IMG/VR virus record: IMGVR_UViG_3300044795_000021
Span: 1-49,720 of that record
Source: a virus
Taxonomy: Duplodnaviria; Caudoviricetes
DNA: 49,720 nucleotides
Reading direction: 5' to 3' (one strand)
Shown here: piece after piece, positions 43,687 through 49,720 of the stretch
Layout: every line of letters starts with the position of its first letter
Position numbering within the stretch: the first letter of the stretch is position 1
Position numbers and translations under genes: made by a program
The notes under the pieces: generated by a model
What the model saw: the letters and a program-made list of their open reading frames with translations, nothing else
Database searches by the model: none
Told to the model about the DNA's origin: nothing

Positions 43687-44334
43687 ATGGCCGCACCTGT
43701 AATCGGCGCAAATGCCAATAAGCTAAACGGCTTCACTCCAGTCGGATATCTGAATGCTGCCGATTGGGACGGTCGAGGCCGAGTCTACACAATCCCCGCT
43801 ACAAACACTAACGCGATCGCGGTAGGAGATCCGGTTCGGCAGCTGGCGGGGCTGGATGCCTCCTACCAGTACGCCTGTATCGACATAGGAGCGCCGGGCG
43901 TGCCGCTCGTCGGAGTGGTATTGGCGCTCAGCACCAACAAGCGGGGGATGGGTCCCTGGGTGGACCCGACGCAGCTGAACACGATCCTCCACCGGCCCGC
44001 CACCGCCACGCCGACCGACTGGTACGCGCTCGTCGGAGACGATCCGAACATAGTCTATGAGGGACAGGAGCAGACGACGGGGAACGTCGCCGGTACAAAC
44101 TTCACCGCCGCAGCCGCCGGCAAGAATGCCAACTTCGGGCTAAGCCCTCTGACGGGTCCGGGTTGGCTTAGCCAAGCCTACGTTGACAACGGCACGGCTG
44201 CTGCAACCACCGCCACCTATAGTCTCCGTCTGCTGAGCTTGAAGCAGAGCATAGACAACTATCCTGGCCCCTGGCAGAGATGGTGGTTTATCATTCAGAA
44301 TCACGCTTATTGCAGTCGGCCTGCAGGCGTCTGA
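43687..44334 (+). CDS. Putative capsid decoration/cement protein
   Basis: GFTPVGYL, IAVGDPV, DDPNIVYE; immediately upstream of the MCP. Confidence 0.65.
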   Translation: MAAPVIGANANKLNGFTPVGYLNAADWDGRGRVYTIPATNTNAIAVGDPVRQLAGLDASYQYACIDIGAPGVPLVGVVLALSTNKRGMGPWVDPTQLNTILHRPATATPTDWYALVGDDPNIVYEGQEQTTGNVAGTNFTAAAAGKNANFGLSPLTGPGWLSQAYVDNGTAAATTATYSLRLLSLKQSIDNYPGPWQRWWFIIQNHAYCSRPAGV

Positions 44335-44350
44335 TTAAAGGAGAAGGAAC

Positions 44351-45271
44351 ATGGCAGGCGGCGTAATCACTACTGGCAGTCATCCAAAGTTACTCTGGCC
44401 CGGCATCAAGGCGACTTGGGGACAAGTCTACGATGAGCATCCCTTCGAATATCCCGATCTCTACGACATTGACTCGTCAGAGAGAGCCTGGGAGGAGGAC
44501 GTGCAGATCACGCCCTTCGGACTGGCGCAGTTCAAGGCGGAAGGTGCGACTGGCTACTTCGACTTCGAGACACAGGGTCCAGTCACCCGATACACCCATC
44601 TAGCGTACTTCCTCGGTTACAAGGTAACCTACGAGGAGCTGTCGGACAATCTGTATGAGATCGTGGCAACTCGGAGGGCCAAGGCGAATGCCTTTAGCAT
44701 GGTGCAGACGATCGAGAATGTCTCGGTGGTGCCGTATAATGATGCCTTTACTGGGGCGTTCTATATTGGAGGGGATGGGGTCAGCCTTTGTAACGTGGCT
44801 CATCCGAACACCACGGGTGGATTCTACTCCAACATGCTCTTCCCTGGAGCAGACCTTTCGGAAGCTGCTCTCGAAGACATGGTGATTCTGATCATGGGCG
44901 TTCAGAATGATCGAGGATTGCTGGTGAGCATCATGCCTCGGAGCCTGCACATCCCCCGGCAGGAGTGGTTCAACGCACACCGGATTCTGAAGAGCGTCCT
45001 CCAGCCTGACACCAGCACGAACAACATTAACGTGCTGCGGGCCACAAACGCCTTCCCGGAAGGTATCAAGATGAACCACTACTTCACAGCCTCTCATGCT
45101 TGGTTCGTTCGGACCAATTGCCCAGAGGGGATGAAGTATTACTGGCGCGAGCGACCGGGCTTTGCTCAGGATAATGACTTCGACACGATGAACCTCAAGG
45201 CGCGCAGCTACATGAGGCTCTCAGTCGGGAATACAGATCCTCGGGCGCTCTTCGGAAGCAATGGACCTTGA
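44351..45271 (+). CDS. Major capsid protein
   Basis: AAAGGAG RBS; 306 aa; HPKLLWPG, GDGVSLC..AHP, AWFVRT, DFDT.NLK...YMR.S.G.TDPR..FGS.G HK97-fold pattern. Confidence 0.88.
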   Translation: MAGGVITTGSHPKLLWPGIKATWGQVYDEHPFEYPDLYDIDSSERAWEEDVQITPFGLAQFKAEGATGYFDFETQGPVTRYTHLAYFLGYKVTYEELSDNLYEIVATRRAKANAFSMVQTIENVSVVPYNDAFTGAFYIGGDGVSLCNVAHPNTTGGFYSNMLFPGADLSEAALEDMVILIMGVQNDRGLLVSIMPRSLHIPRQEWFNAHRILKSVLQPDTSTNNINVLRATNAFPEGIKMNHYFTASHAWFVRTNCPEGMKYYWRERPGFAQDNDFDTMNLKARSYMRLSVGNTDPRALFGSNGP

Positions 45272-45278
45272 TGTGATA

Positions 45279-45313
45279 CGGGGTCACGTTATACGATATA
45301 TAATGTGACCCCG
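45279..45313. promoter_or_regulatory. Long inverted repeat containing TTATA-N5-TATAA (copy 5)
   Basis: CGGGGTCACG-TTATAcgataTATAA-TGTGACCCCG directly after the MCP stop. Confidence 0.7.
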
Positions 45314-45330
45314 AATCCGGGAGATGAATC

Positions 45331-46125
45331 ATGCCTTCTGTCTTGCCAGCGTCACAGATTCCGGCGCGGTTTCTGTCCGGAACCACACCAGATCCCGTCT
45401 ACAGTCCGCTTGGGGACTGTGGAGCAGGGAACCCATTTTTCTACCAAGTTCTTGCGGACGATTTCAACTTCATAAACGTGCCGGCGTGGACAGGGACGCT
45501 GACAGCAGTGCCGGGAGATGGCGGTCTCGCCGCTCTCGCCGGCACGGTGTCATCGTCGCCGTCCTTCACTCTCCCAGCCACCGGCAGCAATCCTCCTGGC
45601 ACCACGCAATCCACGAAGAAGATGTTCTTTGTCATCCGCATGATGCTGACGACAGCCGCCAGCGCTTGGAACGTAGGCTTAGGTACGCTAACTGATGGCC
45701 TCGTCGTCCAGGGCACTCCTACCCTCGGCGTAGTCACTCTAGTCAACGCGGCTAGCGCCGGCAACAGTCCCTCCGGCGCCGCTGTCACCAACACTTTCCC
45801 GAACATCCAGGTGCCCACAGTGGTCTCCGGCCAGTTCTTCGACGTGGCGATCGAGATCGACAGGTATCAGAACCTGTCGCTGTATATGGGGCCGAGGCTG
45901 GTAGGGTGGATGCCGCAGAGCGGGACCGGATACGGGCCGGGGAGCAGCGATACATTCATCCAGACCCGCGGGCGGGTCTACCGGAACTACAACTTCCTAG
46001 CGCAGAACACCAGTGCGCCGGGCTGGGTCCAGACCAACCCCATCATGTTCACGCTGGCACCGCTCGGGGCACTGTTGAACTTTACGGGCCAGGTAGACTT
46101 CGTTGGCGTGCTGAAGGAGCGTTGA
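45331..46125 (+). CDS. Putative virion structural protein
   Basis: 264 aa, beta-rich (DDF, VDFVGVLKER end); after the MCP. Confidence 0.65.
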   Translation: MPSVLPASQIPARFLSGTTPDPVYSPLGDCGAGNPFFYQVLADDFNFINVPAWTGTLTAVPGDGGLAALAGTVSSSPSFTLPATGSNPPGTTQSTKKMFFVIRMMLTTAASAWNVGLGTLTDGLVVQGTPTLGVVTLVNAASAGNSPSGAAVTNTFPNIQVPTVVSGQFFDVAIEIDRYQNLSLYMGPRLVGWMPQSGTGYGPGSSDTFIQTRGRVYRNYNFLAQNTSAPGWVQTNPIMFTLAPLGALLNFTGQVDFVGVLKER

Positions 46126-46508
46126 TGAAGGCGCAGATTCGGGATGGGCAGAAGAACGTGAGGCTAGTGATTAAGGGCATCGCGCTGAAGGATCTCGAAC
46201 CGACGCCCATTCTGGATATTAGGAAGCTGATGGTGCCGCCGGGCGGATGGAAGGGCCTCCGACTGGACTCGGCGGTGTGGACGGTACAGGAGAAGATGGG
46301 GCTCGCCCTCTGGTGGAGTAATCCGGCGGAGGAAGGGGATCTAGTCTTTCCGATGGAGAGCCGAAACTCCGTCCGCTTCGACGAGGGGTTGTCCTCGCCT
46401 CGGATCGAAGAAGGCTGGTCGGGAATCCTCTACCTCTCCAGCTTCAACGTAGAGGGCGCGCCCTCTCCGAAGCGATTCTTCGTCCTTCTGGACTTTGACA
46501 AGCAATGA
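46125..46508 (+). CDS. Putative virion protein
   Basis: AAGGAG RBS, TGATG coupling; MKAQIRDGQKNV. Confidence 0.6.
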   Translation: MKAQIRDGQKNVRLVIKGIALKDLEPTPILDIRKLMVPPGGWKGLRLDSAVWTVQEKMGLALWWSNPAEEGDLVFPMESRNSVRFDEGLSSPRIEEGWSGILYLSSFNVEGAPSPKRFFVLLDFDKQ

Positions 46509-47260
46509 TCATCTCCTACACGCCGGCGACCAATAACACTGCTTGGAGCATCATCTGCGGGGCCATGTGGAAGGCCTGCATCATACCGGAGGGTGACGAT
46601 CCCAGCTCGGAGGAGATCGCCAAGTACACCCGGACGCTGAACCAGTACATCAACTTCGTTCAGACGCGCGGAATCCGGCTGTGGCTACAGAAGGACTTCG
46701 GTCTCGAGCTGGAGGAAGGCAAGGGCCTCTACACGCTCGGCCCGAACGGCAATGTTAGGATGGTGAAACCGATGCAGATAGAGGATCAGTACTATCTGTA
46801 TCCGAAGGATATGGGAGCTACCCGCCGGCCGGTCTTCAAGATCTCCCGGCAGGAGTGGGACATGCTCTCTGTCACAACCCAGCGCGGCCCCATCACCCAG
46901 ATCTTCGTCGATCCGCAGCAGTACACCCTGAACATCAACACATGGCTGATCCCGGATAAGGTGGAGGCGAAGGGGAGGTTGCATGTGGTGCTGAGAGAGC
47001 AGGTGGAGAATTTCGTCAGCATCACCGATGGGATGAACTTCCCGATAGAGTGGGCGCTGACTCTGGAGTGGGGGCTGGCGCAGCAGATCTGCCAAGGGCA
47101 GCCGCCGGCGGTTATGCAGCGATGCGATGCAATGGCCGCTCTCCACCTGCAGGCGCTCGAGGAGTGGGACTCGGAGTACGGCACCAGTATCCTGCCCCGC
47201 CCGGACCAGCGGATGTTCCAAGGGTCGCAGAGGTTTAGGGGCGGAGCAGGCTGGCGATGA
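46505..47260 (+). CDS. Head-tail adaptor (podovirus gp4/gp11-like)
   Basis: IICGAM...GDDPSSEE...LN...GIRLW; FPIEWALTLEWGLA. Confidence 0.7.
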   Translation: MIISYTPATNNTAWSIICGAMWKACIIPEGDDPSSEEIAKYTRTLNQYINFVQTRGIRLWLQKDFGLELEEGKGLYTLGPNGNVRMVKPMQIEDQYYLYPKDMGATRRPVFKISRQEWDMLSVTTQRGPITQIFVDPQQYTLNINTWLIPDKVEAKGRLHVVLREQVENFVSITDGMNFPIEWALTLEWGLAQQICQGQPPAVMQRCDAMAALHLQALEEWDSEYGTSILPRPDQRMFQGSQRFRGGAGWR

Positions 47261-48786
47261 ACGCCTCTGCGAGGTCGATGGAGATTCCGAAGCGGTGGCC
47301 GCTGGTGGCGCAGCAGTCGAATCGGAGCGAGAGCTGGATGAAGGATGCGAGGCTGGTGAACTGCTTCGCAGAGCAGGACAAGAATCTGGGCGAGTGGATC
47401 GTGCAGAAGAGGATTGGGTATACGCTGGACTATACAGTGCCCTTTCAGAAGGGCCTCGGCATGTATGCTTTCGGTCCGCCGGGTGTGTTCGGAGTGCCTG
47501 GGCCGAAGGACGTATACTCTGTCTTCGGGGGCCAGACGGCTGGCGCCGCTCGCCCTTATGGGAACCTGTACAAGAACGGGAATCTGTTCGGCAGCCCCGG
47601 TCTGGATGAGTCTGGCACGAACGGAGGCATATACGCGTGGGTGGAGGATCAGGCTTCTCCGAACCATCTGATATTCGCAGGGGCGGAGCACATCTATTAT
47701 CTGTCCGCCGGCGACACAGACTGGCATTTGGCTCCTACTCCCGTCACTGGCCCTAATGCTATCAGAGGGATAGCGTATCTGGATCAGACGATCTATTTCA
47801 TGGATGCGAATGGAGTCATTTACAACAGTGCCTTCAACGATCCGGGGAACTGGCCCGGGAGCCAGGTGACGGCTAACTCCCGCTACGGCGTAGGGATACA
47901 ACTCGTCCAGCAGCTCAGCTACATTATCGCGCTGAAGAGCAACAGCATGGAGGTCTTCTACGATGCGGTGAATCCGCCTCCCGGCTCACCACTTTCTCCA
48001 GTTCCGGGAGGCATCTCTCCGTACGGGGCGCTTGCCGGCACGCCGCAGGTGATTGACGATATCCTTCTGTATCTGACATCTGACAACACGGTGTCGCCGC
48101 AGGTCGTCCGGGTGGACAATCTTACGCCGACGATCGTCTCCACGCCGGCGATCGAGCGCCTTCTAGATCCCATCCCCCGCGCCTACGCTGGAGGCTACAA
48201 CGCCATATCGTGGACCTTCAAGCACGGAGGCCACCGTTTCTACGGCCTGAACTTCCCCTTCCCGATAGACGCCTATGGGATGACTATTCCTTCGGCTCAA
48301 ACTGGACTGACCCTCGTCTACGACATAGACCAGCAGCTCTGGTATCAGTGGACCGATCCGGATGGTGGCTTCTGGCCTGTGGTCTCTATGGCCTACGACT
48401 CGCAGGCCCGCCACGTTCTGCAGGGATGGGACGATGGGAGTGTGTATATATTCGAAGGGGACTACGAGTATCCGACTGACAACGGGGTGGTAGTGCCGGT
48501 GAGCATCTACACGCCGAACGCTGACTTCGGGACTCGCCGGCGGAAGACCCTCCATCGAATGTACTTCAACACCGATCAGACGCCGAGCAGTATCATGATG
48601 GTGCGCCGGTCGGATGACGACTATATGACATGGAGCACGCCGAGGCGGGTGGATCTCGGCAGACGGCGGCCAGAGATGCGGAACGAAGGCACCTTCAGCC
48701 GGCGCGCCTACCATTTCAGCCACCACGCCGCCACCGCCTTCCGGGTTCGGAGTGTGGATTTGCAGATGGATATAGGTGTGATATGA
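47257..48786 (+). CDS. Tail nozzle / packaged-DNA stabilisation protein (P22 gp10-like)
   Basis: IVSTPAIERLL, GHRFYGL, TLVYDI..QLWYQW, SDDDYMTWS..R; beta-propeller-like. Confidence 0.78.
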   Translation: MNASARSMEIPKRWPLVAQQSNRSESWMKDARLVNCFAEQDKNLGEWIVQKRIGYTLDYTVPFQKGLGMYAFGPPGVFGVPGPKDVYSVFGGQTAGAARPYGNLYKNGNLFGSPGLDESGTNGGIYAWVEDQASPNHLIFAGAEHIYYLSAGDTDWHLAPTPVTGPNAIRGIAYLDQTIYFMDANGVIYNSAFNDPGNWPGSQVTANSRYGVGIQLVQQLSYIIALKSNSMEVFYDAVNPPPGSPLSPVPGGISPYGALAGTPQVIDDILLYLTSDNTVSPQVVRVDNLTPTIVSTPAIERLLDPIPRAYAGGYNAISWTFKHGGHRFYGLNFPFPIDAYGMTIPSAQTGLTLVYDIDQQLWYQWTDPDGGFWPVVSMAYDSQARHVLQGWDDGSVYIFEGDYEYPTDNGVVVPVSIYTPNADFGTRRRKTLHRMYFNTDQTPSSIMMVRRSDDDYMTWSTPRRVDLGRRRPEMRNEGTFSRRAYHFSHHAATAFRVRSVDLQMDIGVI

Positions 48787-48995
48787 CTCTGCTGCAAGTG
48801 CCGAACATTAGCGAGCCGCTCGTCGGTACGCAGAAGATCAACCACCGCTGGTGGAGCTGGCTCGAGGCGCTCTGGCGCTACTTCTCGACGGCGTACTCTG
48901 GGAAGGTGGCCTTGCCGGCGGCCACGCCGGGAGGAGCAGCAGGAGAGATGGTCTTTGAGAATGGAGTTCTGACGAAGTACACTGCGCCGACCTAG
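48783..48995 (+). CDS. Small tail protein
   Basis: MTLLQVPNISEPLV...WWSWL...GEMVFENGVL; ATGA overlap. Confidence 0.6.
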   Translation: MTLLQVPNISEPLVGTQKINHRWWSWLEALWRYFSTAYSGKVALPAATPGGAAGEMVFENGVLTKYTAPT

Positions 48996-49004
48996 GAGAC
49001 AGTT

Positions 49005-49720
49005 ATGCGGATGTTTCCTGTGCAGCAGATGGTAGGCGGAGGGGGCGCCGGCGGCGGGTATCAGAACTTCGCAGGTGCTCCCTCCATCTGGGGTGGGCCG
49101 CCGACGGTACAGGCAGGGATTGCTCCCGCTCCGGGGCCGATGCCGTCCGGCATCTTGGGAGACATTGGGCAGGTAGCGGGGACCGCCGGCAATATATACA
49201 GTCTGATCCAGTCGAATGCCCTGATGAACGCCGGCAGGCAGGGCATTGCTCAGGCTAATCCCTTCGGCCCTTACAGACCGATGTATGGGCAGCAGCTGAT
49301 GAACCTGATGCAGAACCCTTGGAGCGTGACGAGCCTGCCGGGATATCAGTTCCTGATGGATCAAGGTACAATAGCAGCCAACCGGCAGGCTGCGGGGCCG
49401 GGCGGAGTGGGATTCGGATCGACCGCTGACAAGGCGCTGCTGACGCAGTACGGGCAGGGTCTCGCGGATCAGTTCTACAATCAGCAGATACAGACGCTGA
49501 CGGGCCTCTCCGGCGCTAACATCATGCCGGCGAACGCAGCGCAGATGATGGGGGCGGCTGGAGCGGCGCAGGGTAGCTTCGGAGCCGGTCTCCAGTCCAC
49601 CCTGGGAAGCGTTGGAAATCTAATCAACCGATTCTTCCCAGATACCACGCCGGCGTTCGGCCAGATGGGCACTACAGGATACCCTGTGACAGGCGGAGCT
49701 GGTACTGACCCGAGTATGTA
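49005..49720 (+). CDS. DNA ejection/pilot protein, N-terminal part (continues to 427)
   Basis: AGGAG RBS; LPGYQFLMDQG...GFGST..ALLTQYGQGLADQFYNQQI motif typical of podovirus ejection proteins. Missed by the ORF track because it runs off the window end. Confidence 0.75.
   Translation, partial: MRMFPVQQMVGGGGAGGGYQNFAGAPSIWGGPPTVQAGIAPAPGPMPSGILGDIGQVAGTAGNIYSLIQSNALMNAGRQGIAQANPFGPYRPMYGQQLMNLMQNPWSVTSLPGYQFLMDQGTIAANRQAAGPGGVGFGSTADKALLTQYGQGLADQFYNQQIQTLTGLSGANIMPANAAQMMGAAGAAQGSFGAGLQSTLGSVGNLINRFFPDTTPAFGQMGTTGYPVTGGAGTDPSM
49475..49720. repeat. Terminal direct repeat / circular-assembly overlap (copy 2)
   Basis: Matches 1-246 with two mismatches (49601, 49604). Confidence 0.97.

Overview
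The window appears to be a complete, circularly assembled genome (about 49,474 bp) of a GC-rich tailed dsDNA phage, probably with podovirus-type morphology. Positions 1-246 are repeated at 49475-49720. The + strand (35397 to the end, continuing at 1-14810) is the late/virion operon: terminase, portal, GroES-like co-chaperonin, scaffold, major capsid, adaptor, nozzle, ejection proteins, a 1738-aa internal protein, a PurD-like ATP-grasp enzyme and two tail fibres. The - strand (34775 to 14847) carries early and replication genes: many small ORFs, an HTH protein, an SF1 helicase, a PD-(D/E)XK nuclease, a C5 methyltransferase, an AAA ATPase, an SSB, a ParB-adenine MTase fusion, a UDG-PolA fusion and a DUF3987-type NTPase. 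I recognised no integrase, RNA polymerase, tRNA, CRISPR array or standalone endolysin. The most notable signals are non-coding. (1) A ~245-nt structured RNA (25919-26165) contains a Y-RNA(Yrl)-like module and a segment antisense to a GGAG-ACTCGCA leader shared by about 7 minus-strand start sites. (2) A TTATA-N5-TATAA operator occurs five times. (3) YGCCGGCR is strongly enriched genome-wide. (4) A local CTGAG/CTCAG array lies near the divergence point. There is also a putative Tat-exported toxin plus membrane-immunity cassette. All family calls are from motif recognition by eye; no database searches were run.
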